A stretch of 62,972 nucleotides of DNA, the filler included. It is 4 parts of 4 records of this genome, joined end to end, with 100 filler letters (N's around TTAATTAATTAA, not from the genome) between each part and the next. Parts side by side here need not be neighbours in the genome. Positions count along the whole stretch, not along the records: positions 14,308 to 44,308 come from SRR20825019_2098; 3 more parts are not named here. The stretch is one strand, 5' to 3'. Below are positions 22,315-33,163 of this stretch, piece by piece. The translations under genes were made by a program, and so were the position numbers. The first letter of the stretch is position 1, and each line of letters opens with the position of its first letter. Below the pieces are notes generated by a model. The model ran no database searches. It was not told where the DNA came from and worked only from the letters and a program-made list of their open reading frames with translations.

Positions 22315-23136
22315 ATGACCACAGATAAATTGATTTCAGAGATTAAGCGGAAAAATTCTTTTCTATGTGTAGGTTTGGATGTAGATATTGAAAAGATACC
22401 TACATTTCTTTTAAAAGAAGAAGACCCTATTTTTTCTTTTAACAAAGCTATTATAGATGCTACGCACGAGTTTGCGGTAGCATACAAGCCAAACACAGCT
22501 TTTTATGAGGCTTATGGCATAGCTGGTTGGAAATCGTTAGAGAAAACCATAAAATACTTAAACGAAACGTATCCAGAGGTATTTACAATTGCAGATGCAA
22601 AACGTGGTGATATAGGAAATACATCGTCTCGGTACGCTAAAGCTTTTTTTGAAGATTTAGGGTTTGATTCGGTTACTGTTGCGCCTTATATGGGTAAAGA
22701 TTCTGTAGAGCCATTTCTAGCTTTTGAAGATAAACATACTATTTTACTAGCGTTAACATCTAATGAAGGAGCTTTTGATTTTCAAACGCAGCAGGTTGAT
22801 GGGCAAGAATTGTACAAACAGGTTCTTGGTGTTTCAAAAGGATGGAAACATAGTGAAAATTTGATGTATGTGGTTGGTGCTACAAAGGCTGAGTATTTTG
22901 CAGAGATTAGAAAGATTATTCCTGATAGTTTTTTGTTAGTTCCTGGCATTGGTGCGCAAGGCGGAAACTTAAAAGATGTTTGTAAATATGGATTAACGAA
23001 ACAAGTTGGTCTGCTTGTGAATTCTTCACGAGGAATAATTTATGCTTCAAATAAAGAAGATTTTGCGGAAGCTTCAGCACAAGAAGCTAAAAGTATTCAA
23101 ATTGAAATGAAAACCATACTTGATGGAATTCGTTGA
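22315..23136 (+). CDS. pyrF: Orotidine-5'-phosphate decarboxylase
   Basis: [44 protein letters not shown]. Confidence 0.97.
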   Translation: MTTDKLISEIKRKNSFLCVGLDVDIEKIPTFLLKEEDPIFSFNKAIIDATHEFAVAYKPNTAFYEAYGIAGWKSLEKTIKYLNETYPEVFTIADAKRGDIGNTSSRYAKAFFEDLGFDSVTVAPYMGKDSVEPFLAFEDKHTILLALTSNEGAFDFQTQQVDGQELYKQVLGVSKGWKHSENLMYVVGATKAEYFAEIRKIIPDSFLLVPGIGAQGGNLKDVCKYGLTKQVGLLVNSSRGIIYASNKEDFAEASAQEAKSIQIEMKTILDGIR

Positions 23137-23905
23137 TCAATTAAATAATGTAGTTACCCTTTCTAAGACACCTTCGCGTATAGTTTCATTAGTTCCATCT
23201 CAAACAGAGTTATTGGTTGACTTTGGTTTGCGTGACAACATTGTAGGAATAACGAAATTCTGTATTCATCCAACTAATTTAAGGGAAAATACAACTGTTG
23301 TTGGGGGAACGAAGAAGGTTAATTTCAAAAAAATTAAAACGCTTAAGCCAGATTTAATTATTTGCAATAAAGAAGAGAACACGGAGGCGATGGTGCGGGA
23401 GTTGGAAGCGATAGCGCCCGTCTGGATTAGTGATATTAATACTATTGCTGAATGTGTTAGTATGATTGAGAAGCTTGGAGCGGTGCTAAATGTTACAGAA
23501 AAGGCATCGGCTATAGTTTTGAGGATAGAAAAGGAGTTAAAAGACTTTGAGGTTTTTATAGAAGGTAAACTTCCGAAGAGAGTACTTTATTTGATTTGGA
23601 AAGATCCTTATATGGCAGCTGGAAAACCTACATTCATCGATGCGTTATTGCGCTTAAATAAGTTTGAAAATTGTATTACTAATGAAGTTTCTAGGTATCC
23701 TGAGGTAAATTTAGAACTGCTTAATGAAGTAGATTTAATTTTACTTTCTACGGAGCCTTATCCATTTAAAGAAAGCCATGTTTTAAGCATAGAAGCTGAG
23801 GTTAACGCTAAAGTTAGGTTGGTGGATGGGGAATATTTTAGCTGGTATGGCACACGATTACTTAATGCGTTTAAATATTTTAAAACACTGCATACAGTAT
23901 TTTAA
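23123..23905 (+). CDS. Helical-backbone metal/cobalamin-binding protein (BtuF-like)
   Basis: [43 protein letters not shown]. Confidence 0.88.
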   Translation: MEFVDQLNNVVTLSKTPSRIVSLVPSQTELLVDFGLRDNIVGITKFCIHPTNLRENTTVVGGTKKVNFKKIKTLKPDLIICNKEENTEAMVRELEAIAPVWISDINTIAECVSMIEKLGAVLNVTEKASAIVLRIEKELKDFEVFIEGKLPKRVLYLIWKDPYMAAGKPTFIDALLRLNKFENCITNEVSRYPEVNLELLNEVDLILLSTEPYPFKESHVLSIEAEVNAKVRLVDGEYFSWYGTRLLNAFKYFKTLHTVF

Positions 23906-24082
23906 TTACTCCCTTTGTAATCTTGAAAGGTATTTGATTTCTTGAAAAATTATATCGGCTTGTTGATGCATTTTTTCACTCTTTGCTTCATCTTTTAAAG
24001 CTGTTTCAAAGGATCTCTTCATTAAAAGGCGGTATTTCGCTTTTAATTTTTCAATACGTGACTTTTTTCTAAACCAACTCAT
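23906..24082 (-). CDS. Small protein, Lacal_2735-like family (58 aa), not in ORF track
   Basis: Reads MSWFRKKSRIEKLKAKYRLLMKRSFETALKDEAKSEKMHQQADIIFQEIKYLSRLQRE*; abuts the stop of the neighbouring gene. Confidence 0.75.
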   Translation of the reverse strand: MSWFRKKSRIEKLKAKYRLLMKRSFETALKDEAKSEKMHQQADIIFQEIKYLSRLQRE

Positions 24083-24205
24083 TACTATTGCTTTAAGTTA
24101 CTTGTGCAAAAGTAATTTTCAAATAAAAAAAGGAGTATTAAAGTCAGGTTAATTGTATCATAAAAATACTTAAGTGACTTTTTTAAATACTATTATAGTG
24201 TTTGA

Positions 24206-24916
24206 TTAGTCTTGTAAGGCAAAAACTTGGCGTAGTAAGGTAGTGGTACGCGCGGAAATATTAGTTCTAATATTCTTTTCTTCTACACTAATCATTTTAT
24301 AAACACCTTCGAGTGCTTGGTTGGTAACGTAGTCTGTTAGGTCTGTGTTTACTTTAGTTACAAAAGGAACGGAGTTGTATCTAGTGATTATGTTGCTCCA
24401 TATTTTATCTGCTCCAACTTTAGAAAACGAATTTTTAATCACTGGGTTAAATTTTGAATAAAGAGCAGTGTTTGTACGTTGTTCTAAATAGTTTGTTGCG
24501 GCATTATCTGGGCCGATAAGTATATTTTTTGCATCTGCAAAAGTTATATTCTTCACAGCATCTACAAATATTGGTGTTGCTTCTTTTACAGCGTCTTCAG
24601 CTGCGCGATTTAATACTTTAAGGCCTTCGTCGGCTAGGCTTCCTAAGCCAATATCTCTAAGAGTTTGATCTACTTTTTGTAATTCTTGTGGTAATAAAAT
24701 CTTTACCAATTGATTTTTATAAAAACCATCTTGTTGTGTAAGCTTAGTAACCTGTTTATCGATTCCGTTGTCTAGTGCTTGCTTTAATCCGTTTGCAATA
24801 GTTGTGTTGTCTATGCCTATTTCTGTTTGTGGAAGTGTGTTAACTACTTGTTGTAGTTCGGCACAGGAAATAAAAATAAATAATGAACAGAATAGAAATG
24901 CTTTTTTAATCCACAT
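24206..24916 (-). CDS. DUF4197 family lipoprotein
   Basis: Lipobox FISC, GLKQAL, LNRAAEDA, AEEKNIR-like C-terminal segment (SVEEKNIR). Confidence 0.88.
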   Translation of the reverse strand: MWIKKAFLFCSLFIFISCAELQQVVNTLPQTEIGIDNTTIANGLKQALDNGIDKQVTKLTQQDGFYKNQLVKILLPQELQKVDQTLRDIGLGSLADEGLKVLNRAAEDAVKEATPIFVDAVKNITFADAKNILIGPDNAATNYLEQRTNTALYSKFNPVIKNSFSKVGADKIWSNIITRYNSVPFVTKVNTDLTDYVTNQALEGVYKMISVEEKNIRTNISARTTTLLRQVFALQD

Positions 24917-24944
24917 AGGTTTAGTTTTTAGTTTTTCAAATATA

Positions 24945-24976
24945 AAAAAGGCCCTTCAATGTTGAAGGGCCTTTTT
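24945..24976 (-). terminator. Intrinsic terminator
   Basis: AAAAAGGCCCTTCAA-TG-TTGAAGGGCCTTTTT. Confidence 0.85.
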
Positions 24977-24997
24977 AAAAAAAGTATTTAAAAATTC

Positions 24998-25936
24998 TTA
25001 TTTAAGAACTTTTACAGTTTTTGAAGCATCACCGATAGTTACTTTAACTAAGTAAGAACCAGAAGCAAGACCGCTCATGTTGATAGCTGGAGAAATTTTT
25101 CCAGGATTTTCCTGAAGAACAACTTTTCCTAAGATATCGTATACAGTTACATTGTCTACAGAAGTTGCAGATTTGATATTTAAGATATCAGTAACTGGGT
25201 TAGGGTATACAGAGAATTTGTTTTCAGTAAAGTTATCAACTGCAAGGATATCACCTTTGAATAATACTACATCATCGATGTACATTTCGTTAGTGTTAGC
25301 AGCAGAATAGAAATCTAAACCAGCTAATTCAATAAATACTTGAGTTCCGAATTCAAATGGGTAGTCAATTACTACTTGAACGTCATCGATAAACATGTTC
25401 CAAGTTTGAGTGTCTAGGTTATAGATACAGTCAACTTTGAACCACTGATCTTCTGGGTAGCTAAATGGTGCATCAAAGATAGTACAGTCAATTACTCCAG
25501 TAACACCACCAGAACCACCAGAAGCTCCATCACAGTTAAAGTAAACGTTACCTCCCATTAAAGCTTGAGTCCAAGCAGCACCTTCAGGAGATAATGCAGC
25601 TTGCATGTTGAAGTAACCTGATCTACCAGCTGGAATGTATGCCATAAATTCGATTGAATAAATACCGCTAATTGGTGCATCTGGTACTAAAAGGATGATA
25701 TCGCTTAAAGTGTTATCTCCAATAAGTAAAGACTTAGAACCTGAGTTAGATTCATTGTCAGTAACGTCTGCATCATCAGATCCACCGTCAACACCAGACC
25801 AGTTTCTCCAGTCAGGAGACTGTGCTGAGATAGGGCCTAAAGTATAAGATTCCAAATCATCTGTTACGTCTACTTGAGCGTTAGATGAAAAGCTAAATGC
25901 ACCTAAAACAAGTGCTAAAATGTAAATTTTTTTCAT
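24998..25936 (-). CDS. T9SS type A C-terminal sorting domain protein (beta-sandwich/lectin-like N-terminal domain)
   Basis: Signal peptide; C-terminal VYPNPV..VYDILGK..GSYLVKV..KVLK. Confidence 0.9.
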   Translation of the reverse strand: MKKIYILALVLGAFSFSSNAQVDVTDDLESYTLGPISAQSPDWRNWSGVDGGSDDADVTDNESNSGSKSLLIGDNTLSDIILLVPDAPISGIYSIEFMAYIPAGRSGYFNMQAALSPEGAAWTQALMGGNVYFNCDGASGGSGGVTGVIDCTIFDAPFSYPEDQWFKVDCIYNLDTQTWNMFIDDVQVVIDYPFEFGTQVFIELAGLDFYSAANTNEMYIDDVVLFKGDILAVDNFTENKFSVYPNPVTDILNIKSATSVDNVTVYDILGKVVLQENPGKISPAINMSGLASGSYLVKVTIGDASKTVKVLK

Positions 25937-26100
25937 AATGTTAAGTTTTTAATTGTTTAATATTGATGCTGCAAGATACAAAAATATTATATTACTGCAA
26001 CAAATTTGAAAAATATTTATACTATCATTATTGACCTAACGTGCCATTTTCGTTGTGTTTTAACTAAATTTGCATTTTAAAGAAATAAGTAAAACATATT

Positions 26101-29100
26101 ATGCAAGATATAAATCCTTACAAACCAAAATATAAAGTTCGTATTGTTACCGCAGCTTCACTTTTTGATGGTCATGATGCAGCCATTAATATTATGCGTC
26201 GTATTATACAATCTACAGGGGTAGAAGTAATACATTTAGGTCATGACCGAAGTGTTGAAGAGGTTGTAAATACTGCAATCCAAGAAGATGCAAATGCAAT
26301 TGCACTTACTTCATACCAAGGTGGGCATACAGAATACTTTAAGTATATGTATGATTTATTGAAAGAAAAAGGTGCCAGTCATATTAAAATATTTGGCGGC
26401 GGCGGCGGCGTAATTCTTCCTTCGGAAATAAAAGAATTAATGGATTACGGCATCACTCGTATTTATGCTCCCGATGATGGACGAGAAATGGGTCTTCAAG
26501 GAATGATTAATGATTTGGTTAAACAATCTGATTATGCCATTGGTGATAAATTAAATGGGGAAATCGATAGATTACCTCAAAAAGAAATAGGAGCTATAGC
26601 AAGAATTATTTCAGCAGCTGAAAATTTCCCTGAAATTGCAAAAGAAACGCTGGATGAAATTCATATAAAAAATAAAGAAATTGCTACCCCTGTTTTAGGA
26701 ATTACAGGAACAGGAGGCGCCGGAAAATCATCATTGGTAGATGAACTCGTTAGAAGATTTCTAATAGATTTCCCAGAAAAAACCATTGGTATTGTTTCCG
26801 TAGACCCTTCAAAAAGAAAAACGGGTGGTGCATTGTTAGGCGATCGTATTCGAATGAATGCTATTAATTCACCAAGAGTTTATATGCGTAGTTTGGCGAC
26901 ACGCCAAAGCAATCTTGCTCTTTCAAAATATGTTGCGGAAGCTATTGAAGTATTAAAAGCTGCGGAATATGATTTAATTATTCTTGAAACATCAGGAATT
27001 GGACAAAGTGATACCGAAATTTTAGAGCATAGCGATGTTTCACTATATGTGATGACGCCAGAATTTGGCGCCGCAACGCAACTAGAGAAAATTGACATGT
27101 TGGATTTTGCCGATTTGGTGGCGATAAACAAATTTGACAAACGCGGTTCGCTAGATGCGCTTCGTGATGTTAAAAAACAGTACGTCCGCAACCATCACCT
27201 TTGGGATACTCCACAAGAAGATCTTCCAGTTTATGGAACAATTGCATCCCAATTTAATGACCCAGGAATGAATAAGCTATACAAAGCAGTGATGGGTGAA
27301 ATTGTTGAAAAAACGAAGGCTGATTTAAAAAGTGATTTTCACGTTTCAGAAGAAATGGAAGAAAAAATCTTTGTAATTCCACCTTCTAGAACACGCTACC
27401 TTTCAGAAATTTCTGAAAGTAATAGAGCGTATGATAAAAAAGCAAACGAGCAGTCTGAAGTTGCACAAAAACTTTATGGAATTTTTAAAGCAATGGAATC
27501 CATTTCTGGTAAAAAACCAGCGCTTGATAAAGGAGGAATAATTTCTGAATCTATTGTAAGTTCAGAAGAAAACAACGGTTTATTAAAAATGCTTCTTGCT
27601 GAGTTTGATCGTGAAAAATTGAATTTAGATCCTTATAATTGGGAAATAATTACAGCTTGGGGTGAAAAAGTTAATAAGTACAAAAATCCTATCTACACTT
27701 TTAAAGTCCGTGGAAAAGAACTGAATATTGAAACGCATACCGAATCACTTTCGCACACTCAAATTCCAAAAGTTTCGCTCCCTAAATATCAGGCTTGGGG
27801 CGATATATTGAAATGGGAACTTCAAGAAAATGTGCCGGGAGAGTTTCCGTATACTTCTGGTCTTTACCCTTTTAAGCGAACTGGTGAAGATCCTGCGCGT
27901 ATGTTTGCAGGTGAAGGTGGGCCAGAACGTACAAACCGACGCTTTCATTATGTGAGTTTGGGCTTGCCAGCTAAAAGACTTTCTACCGCTTTTGATAGTG
28001 TTACGTTATACGGAAATGATCCAGATCACCGTCCAGATATTTATGGTAAAATTGGTAATGCGGGGGTTTCTATTTGTTGCCTTGATGATGCCAAAAAACT
28101 TTATTCTGGGTTTGATTTAAGTCATCCGTTAACTTCTGTGAGTATGACGATTAATGGTCCTGCACCAATGTTGTTGGGCTTTTTTATGAATGCAGCAATC
28201 GATCAGAATTGTGAAAAATATATTACTGAAAATGGACTGGAAGAAACTGTAGAAGAAAAAATAAACCAGATATACAAAGAAAAAGGAATTGAGCGTCCAA
28301 AATATCAAGGAGAATTGCCTGAATCTAACAATGGCCTTGGGCTGATGTTGCTTGGTGTAACTGGAGATTTGGTTTTGGAAGCAGAAGTTTATAATAAAAT
28401 TAAGTTTGAAACATTACAACAAGTTCGTGGTACGGTTCAAGCAGATATTTTAAAGGAAGATCAAGCTCAGAACACGTGTATTTTTTCAACAGAATTTGCA
28501 CTTCGATTAATGGGTGATGTGCAGGAGTATTTCATTGAGAAAAAAGTTCGAAATTTTTATTCGGTATCTATTAGTGGGTACCACATTGCTGAAGCAGGTG
28601 CAAACCCAATAACTCAGCTAGCTTTCACACTTTCTAATGGCTTCACGTATGTGGAGTATTATTTAAGTCGTGGGATGGATATTAATGAATTTGGACCGAA
28701 CCTTTCTTTTTTCTTTAGCAACGGAATTGATCCAGAATACGCGGTTATTGGAAGAGTAGCTCGAAAAATTTGGGCAAAAGCTTTAAAGGAAAAATACGGT
28801 GCAAACCCAAGAGCGCAAATGTTGAAATACCATATTCAAACATCTGGGCGTTCACTTCACGCGCAGGAAATTGATTTTAATGATATTCGTACAACGCTTC
28901 AAGCTTTGTATGCAATTTACGACAATTGTAATTCGCTGCATACCAATGCGTATGATGAGGCAATTACAACACCTACAGAAGAAAGCGTGCGCCGCGCAAT
29001 GGCAATCCAGTTAATAATTAATAAGGAATTGGGGCTTGCAAAAAATGAAAACCCAATACAAGGTTCTTTTATTATTGAAGAATTAACGGATCTTGTTGAA

Positions 29101-29526
29101 GAAGCAGTTTTAAAGGAATTTGACAGTATTACAGAACGTGGTGGTGTATTGGGTGCGATGGAAACAATGTACCAGCGTAGCAAAATTCAAGAAGAAAGTC
29201 TGTATTATGAAACGTTGAAGCACAATGGAGATTTCCCAATTATAGGTGTAAATACGTTTCTGAGCAGCAAAGGTTCGCCAACAGTTCTTCCTGCAGAAGT
29301 GATTCGTGCAACCGAAGAAGAAAAGCAAGTTCAGATAGAAACACTCAATAATTTACATAAAATGTATGGCGATAAAGCAACTTCAGCTATTGAAAATGTA
29401 AAAACAGCAGCTATACACAACGATAATATGTTCGAAAAACTAATGGAAGCAACTAAAGTTTGTTCTTTAGGGCAGATTACTGAATCTCTATTTGAAGTAG
29501 GCGGACAATACCGAAGAAATATGTAG
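26101..29526 (+). CDS. icmF: Fused isobutyryl-CoA mutase / G-protein chaperone (IcmF)
   Basis: B12-binding FDGHDAA, P-loop [12 protein letters not shown] (MeaB-like), mutase domain [32 protein letters not shown]; ends GGQYRRNM. Confidence 0.95.
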   Translation: MQDINPYKPKYKVRIVTAASLFDGHDAAINIMRRIIQSTGVEVIHLGHDRSVEEVVNTAIQEDANAIALTSYQGGHTEYFKYMYDLLKEKGASHIKIFGGGGGVILPSEIKELMDYGITRIYAPDDGREMGLQGMINDLVKQSDYAIGDKLNGEIDRLPQKEIGAIARIISAAENFPEIAKETLDEIHIKNKEIATPVLGITGTGGAGKSSLVDELVRRFLIDFPEKTIGIVSVDPSKRKTGGALLGDRIRMNAINSPRVYMRSLATRQSNLALSKYVAEAIEVLKAAEYDLIILETSGIGQSDTEILEHSDVSLYVMTPEFGAATQLEKIDMLDFADLVAINKFDKRGSLDALRDVKKQYVRNHHLWDTPQEDLPVYGTIASQFNDPGMNKLYKAVMGEIVEKTKADLKSDFHVSEEMEEKIFVIPPSRTRYLSEISESNRAYDKKANEQSEVAQKLYGIFKAMESISGKKPALDKGGIISESIVSSEENNGLLKMLLAEFDREKLNLDPYNWEIITAWGEKVNKYKNPIYTFKVRGKELNIETHTESLSHTQIPKVSLPKYQAWGDILKWELQENVPGEFPYTSGLYPFKRTGEDPARMFAGEGGPERTNRRFHYVSLGLPAKRLSTAFDSVTLYGNDPDHRPDIYGKIGNAGVSICCLDDAKKLYSGFDLSHPLTSVSMTINGPAPMLLGFFMNAAIDQNCEKYITENGLEETVEEKINQIYKEKGIERPKYQGELPESNNGLGLMLLGVTGDLVLEAEVYNKIKFETLQQVRGTVQADILKEDQAQNTCIFSTEFALRLMGDVQEYFIEKKVRNFYSVSISGYHIAEAGANPITQLAFTLSNGFTYVEYYLSRGMDINEFGPNLSFFFSNGIDPEYAVIGRVARKIWAKALKEKYGANPRAQMLKYHIQTSGRSLHAQEIDFNDIRTTLQALYAIYDNCNSLHTNAYDEAITTPTEESVRRAMAIQLIINKELGLAKNENPIQGSFIIEELTDLVEEAVLKEFDSITERGGVLGAMETMYQRSKIQEESLYYETLKHNGDFPIIGVNTFLSSKGSPTVLPAEVIRATEEEKQVQIETLNNLHKMYGDKATSAIENVKTAAIHNDNMFEKLMEATKVCSLGQITESLFEVGGQYRRNM

Positions 29527-29632
29527 TAATAGAGAAGTGTTAACTATAAAAAAAAATCAATTTTCCAGTTCTTTCGAATTGGGAAATTGATTTCAAACAA
29601 ATAATTAAACAATTAAAAATTTTCTTATTAAG

Positions 29633-30028
29633 CTACAGTGTCAATCTCCATGTATGTTGTAGTTTTCTAAATTTTTTAAGCTCTTTTTGAAGTAATGGTA
29701 AAAAATCTTTACCGTTGCTATTCACTCTTTCTAGGCGTTCGCAATTTTTGTAAAGCAAGTTGGAAAGACGCATAACAGAAGCTGCATGTTTCTGTTTTTC
29801 TTCAGAAAATGGTTGGCTTTCAGCTTTCAGAATTTGTGGACCTAACGATACAGATTGTTGTACTATATCGCCAGTGTAATAAATATGTGGATCTTCTATT
29901 CCATTTCTTTGAAGATGAGCAAGATCATGGCTTAAATATCTAGATATATTACTGGCCAATGAAAATATTTCCAATGACTTTTTATAGATAGCAGACTGCG
30001 TATTATTTCCGAAAGAATGGAGTGACAT
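29633..30028 (-). CDS. Hypothetical helical-bundle protein
   Basis: 131-aa amphipathic helical ORF (IYKKSLEIF...LLQKELKKFRKLQHTW). Confidence 0.75.
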   Translation of the reverse strand: MSLHSFGNNTQSAIYKKSLEIFSLASNISRYLSHDLAHLQRNGIEDPHIYYTGDIVQQSVSLGPQILKAESQPFSEEKQKHAASVMRLSNLLYKNCERLERVNSNGKDFLPLLQKELKKFRKLQHTWRLTL

Positions 30029-30146
30029 TTTTCTTTTTTTATTTTAATCAAATTTAATCACAAGCCTTGTGATTGTGCTATTGATATTAAAGTTAATCTG
30101 TATATTTGCTTTAATTATTGATTTATTTAATCCTTAAACTTTAATT

Positions 30147-30590
30147 ATGGCTATAGATTCTTTAAATTGGAAAATACTAAAATGCCTCCAAAAAAACGCT
30201 CGCCAGCCCAATACTGAAATTGGTAGGCAAGTTGGAATTAGTTCACCAGCCGTTTCCGAACGAATAAAAAAAATGGAAGATTCTGGGATTATCAACGGGT
30301 ATTTCACAGACGTTTCTCCTCTTGAAGCTGGATATCAATTTAAAGCTATAATAACACTTCGCGCATTTATGGGAAAACTAAAGCCATTTTTAGAAATCGT
30401 AAAAACCTATGATGAAGTTCTTAACTGCTATCGAATTACTGGAAATGAAAATATCGTGATGGAAGTTGTACTAAAAAACCAAAAACATTTGGAGGTTTTT
30501 ATTGATCAACTTATTGTTTACGGTGAAACAAAAACACAAATAGTACTTTCACGAGTAGTAAAAAATAACGACTTAAAACCGTTGATTTAG
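30147..30590 (+). CDS. Lrp/AsnC family transcriptional regulator
   Basis: ILKCLQKNAR..EIGRQVGISSPAVSERIKKMEDSGII HTH; CYRITG. Confidence 0.95.
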   Translation: MAIDSLNWKILKCLQKNARQPNTEIGRQVGISSPAVSERIKKMEDSGIINGYFTDVSPLEAGYQFKAIITLRAFMGKLKPFLEIVKTYDEVLNCYRITGNENIVMEVVLKNQKHLEVFIDQLIVYGETKTQIVLSRVVKNNDLKPLI

Positions 30591-30618
30591 TTCTGATTTC
30601 TATTAAAAAAAATCTATT

Positions 30619-31842
30619 CTAAATATTTTCAGGTTTAGATTTTTTTAATAATTGGTAGAGCCATATCGTTAAACCACAGATTAATAGCATGAATATAGCG
30701 AAAAAGGTCCAAGTCTTAAAATACCCAAAACTATTTACTAAATTCATTCCGCCATTATGCCCAATTAAATGAGCAAAACTAAAACTCATGCTGTAAAAAG
30801 CCATATAACTTCCTTTTCTGCCTTTTGGAGCCATTTCTAAAGCAAGTGCGTTTGAAAAAGGAAAACCAATCATTTCTCCTAATGTCATTAATAACATTGC
30901 GATAACCAAAATTCCGCTCCAGCTGGTAAAATTTAATACTAAAAAGCTTAGTCCTAAAAAGAAAATTCCCCAAAAAGTAGCCATTGTTTTTGATACTTTT
31001 TTACGATCAAGCCAACCTATAAGCGGCATTTCAAAAATAACTATCGTAGCTCCATTTAAAAACATAAGCCAACCTATTACATCTTCAGATAAAAAGTGTG
31101 CTTTTTCATAATATACTGGCATAACCGAAAAATATTGAACAAAAGCAAGGCTATTTGCCACCATAATAATGAAGAACAATATAAAAAGTTTGTTTAAATA
31201 TGGTGGTAATCCTTCTTTGATTAAGGCCGTTTTTTCATCGTCTGTATCTTTTTGCTTCTTTGGTTTTAAAAGTATAAAAACTCCTAGTGAGGCAATCATA
31301 CATGAAAGCCCGTCTATCCAAAATAATGCAGTATAATTGATATGGGCAATAATTAACCCTCCTAATAAGGGTCCAACAGAAAAACCTAAGTTAATTGCTA
31401 ATCTAATTAGAGTAATGCTTCGTGTAGTGTTACCAGGGCGACTGTATGTATCTGCTGCAACAAAAATTGCTGGTCGGCCAGCATCTGCCATTAAGGTTAA
31501 TAAGAAAATGCCAATACAAAAACCATAAAAAGTACTTATGTATTGAAGTAAAATAAACCCAACACCTCCAAAAAATAGACTTAAAAGTATAACCTTATAA
31601 AATCCAATGGTATCTGTTAACCTTCCTCCAATATAGGTGCCTGCTAAAGAGCCAAGACCAAAGCACGACATAATCCATCCTACTTGGGGTAAATTAAAAC
31701 CTTCTTCGTTTATAAGGTAGAGCGATAGAAAGGGTATTACCATTGCTCCAGCTCTATTTATAAAGGTAACGAGAGACAACAGCCATATTTCACGAGACAA
31801 GCCGTGAAAGTTTGCTATGTAATTTGAGTATATTTTTCTCAT
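30619..31842 (-). CDS. MFS transporter (probable efflux)
   Basis: About 12 TM segments, motif A-like GGRLTDTIG, GFSVGPLLGG, APKGRKGSYM. Confidence 0.92.
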   Translation of the reverse strand: MRKIYSNYIANFHGLSREIWLLSLVTFINRAGAMVIPFLSLYLINEEGFNLPQVGWIMSCFGLGSLAGTYIGGRLTDTIGFYKVILLSLFFGGVGFILLQYISTFYGFCIGIFLLTLMADAGRPAIFVAADTYSRPGNTTRSITLIRLAINLGFSVGPLLGGLIIAHINYTALFWIDGLSCMIASLGVFILLKPKKQKDTDDEKTALIKEGLPPYLNKLFILFFIIMVANSLAFVQYFSVMPVYYEKAHFLSEDVIGWLMFLNGATIVIFEMPLIGWLDRKKVSKTMATFWGIFFLGLSFLVLNFTSWSGILVIAMLLMTLGEMIGFPFSNALALEMAPKGRKGSYMAFYSMSFSFAHLIGHNGGMNLVNSFGYFKTWTFFAIFMLLICGLTIWLYQLLKKSKPENI

Positions 31843-31864
31843 TGTAGGTTAGTGGTATAAAAGT

Positions 31865-31894
31865 AAAACGTCCCGGTTTTAGCCGGGACGTTTT
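31865..31894 (-). terminator. Intrinsic terminator in the 5' leader of the MFS gene (attenuator)
   Basis: Minus strand AAAACGTCCCGG-CTAAAA-CCGGGACGTTTT-ACTTTT, ending 23 nt before the MFS ATG. No convergent gene explains it. Confidence 0.85.
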
Positions 31895-31922
31895 TATATT
31901 GAAAAAATCTATTTCATTATAG

Positions 31923-31997
31923 TCAATACATACATCGCCGGCATTTCCTTTTTGAAATGACTTGAGTGGTTAAATTGCTATATGATCTAAATTTCAT
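31923..31997 (-). CDS. Putative 24-aa leader peptide MKFRSYSNLTTQVISKRKCRRCMY
   Basis: ATG preceded by an A-rich tract; Bacteroidota -7 box TACATTTG at 32024-32017; 3' codons are complementary to the terminator arm. Confidence 0.7.
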   Translation of the reverse strand: MKFRSYSNLTTQVISKRKCRRCMY

Positions 31998-32109
31998 TTT
32001 TTAATTAAATAGAATTCAAATGTAGTGAAAAAATTAATTGTTAGAATATTTTTTTAAATCATAAGAAAACTCATTTCTTTAAATTCTTTTCTATTTTTAC
32101 TAAAAACTA

Positions 32110-32718
32110 ATGATGAAGAAGTTACCTATATTTTTGCTGTTATTATTTAGTAGCATGCTAATTGCACAGAATGATGTTTTGATTTCTGAAAGCAAAGCAG
32201 CACAAATTGAATTGAACGAAGAATTTAGCAATTCTGAAACCACGATTTTAGAACCAGCAGATTTTAAAAATTTTCATGGGTTGGAATTCTATCCAATTAA
32301 TGAAAAATTTATAATCGAAGCTAAATTTGTGCGAACGCCAAACGAGAAGCCCTTTTTAATGCCAACTACCACCGACCGATTGCCTGAATACATAAAATAT
32401 GGGGAAGCACATTTTACAATTGAAGGAGTAGACTTAGTATTAAACCTTTTTAAGAGTGTGCAACCTTATGATGAGCCTGGCTATGAAGACTATTTATTTC
32501 TTCCTTTTACCGATTTAACAAGTGGAGACGGCTCATATGGTGGTGGAAGATTTTTAGATCAACGCATACCAGAAGGCGATACTATTTTAATCGATTTTAA
32601 CAAAGCGTACAATCCGTATTGTGCTTATAGTGCACGGTATTCGTGCCCGATCCCTCCAAAAGAAAATGATTTATTAATTAGAATTGAAGCAGGGGTAAAG
32701 GACTTTGGGAAGCATTAA
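32110..32718 (+). CDS. DUF1684 family protein
   Basis: LFLPFTDLTSG..SYGGGRFLD, IDFNKAYNPYCAYS..SCPIPP. Confidence 0.92.
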   Translation: MMKKLPIFLLLLFSSMLIAQNDVLISESKAAQIELNEEFSNSETTILEPADFKNFHGLEFYPINEKFIIEAKFVRTPNEKPFLMPTTTDRLPEYIKYGEAHFTIEGVDLVLNLFKSVQPYDEPGYEDYLFLPFTDLTSGDGSYGGGRFLDQRIPEGDTILIDFNKAYNPYCAYSARYSCPIPPKENDLLIRIEAGVKDFGKH

Positions 32719-33086
32719 AAAAACTTTACCAACCACATTCCCAAAAAAACCATTGCAAAACCAACTACAAAACTTGCAATTGTATAAAGTGCGAAAGTTA
32801 TAAAATCACCAGATTTTAGGAATAAATGATTTTCATAGGCAAAGGTTGAAAAGGTAGTAAAGCCACCACAAAATCCAGTAGCTAAAAATAAAACTGTATT
32901 TGCGGAAAACGTTTCATTTTTTAGAGCCAATCCAAGGATAACACCAATTAATAAGCTTCCTAAAATATTTGCAACAAACGTTCCGTAGGGAATTCCGGTT
33001 TCAAAGCTATTTAAGTATTTTGAAAGACCATATCGCAAGGTGCTTCCAAGGCCACCACCAATAAAAACCAATGCTAATTGCTTCAT
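32715..33086 (-). CDS. crcB: Fluoride efflux channel FluC/CrcB
   Basis: GGGLGSTLRY, PYGTFVANILG, GFCGGFTTFSTF. Confidence 0.96.
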   Translation of the reverse strand: MKQLALVFIGGGLGSTLRYGLSKYLNSFETGIPYGTFVANILGSLLIGVILGLALKNETFSANTVLFLATGFCGGFTTFSTFAYENHLFLKSGDFITFALYTIASFVVGFAMVFLGMWLVKFF

Positions 33087-33163
33087 TTATCTATATTATT
33101 TTTTTAAAAAAGTAGCTGAGAATAAACTTTTACTTGTTTAAAAAATATCGCGTAATAGTTTTT

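Noticed and set aside
25937-26100. Cobalamin riboswitch upstream of icmF
   Set aside because: Short AT-rich divergent promoter region with no recognisable B12-box or conserved helices.
33087-33163. Fluoride riboswitch upstream of crcB
   Set aside because: No GGCGATGG..-like core is visible; the region is short and AT-rich.
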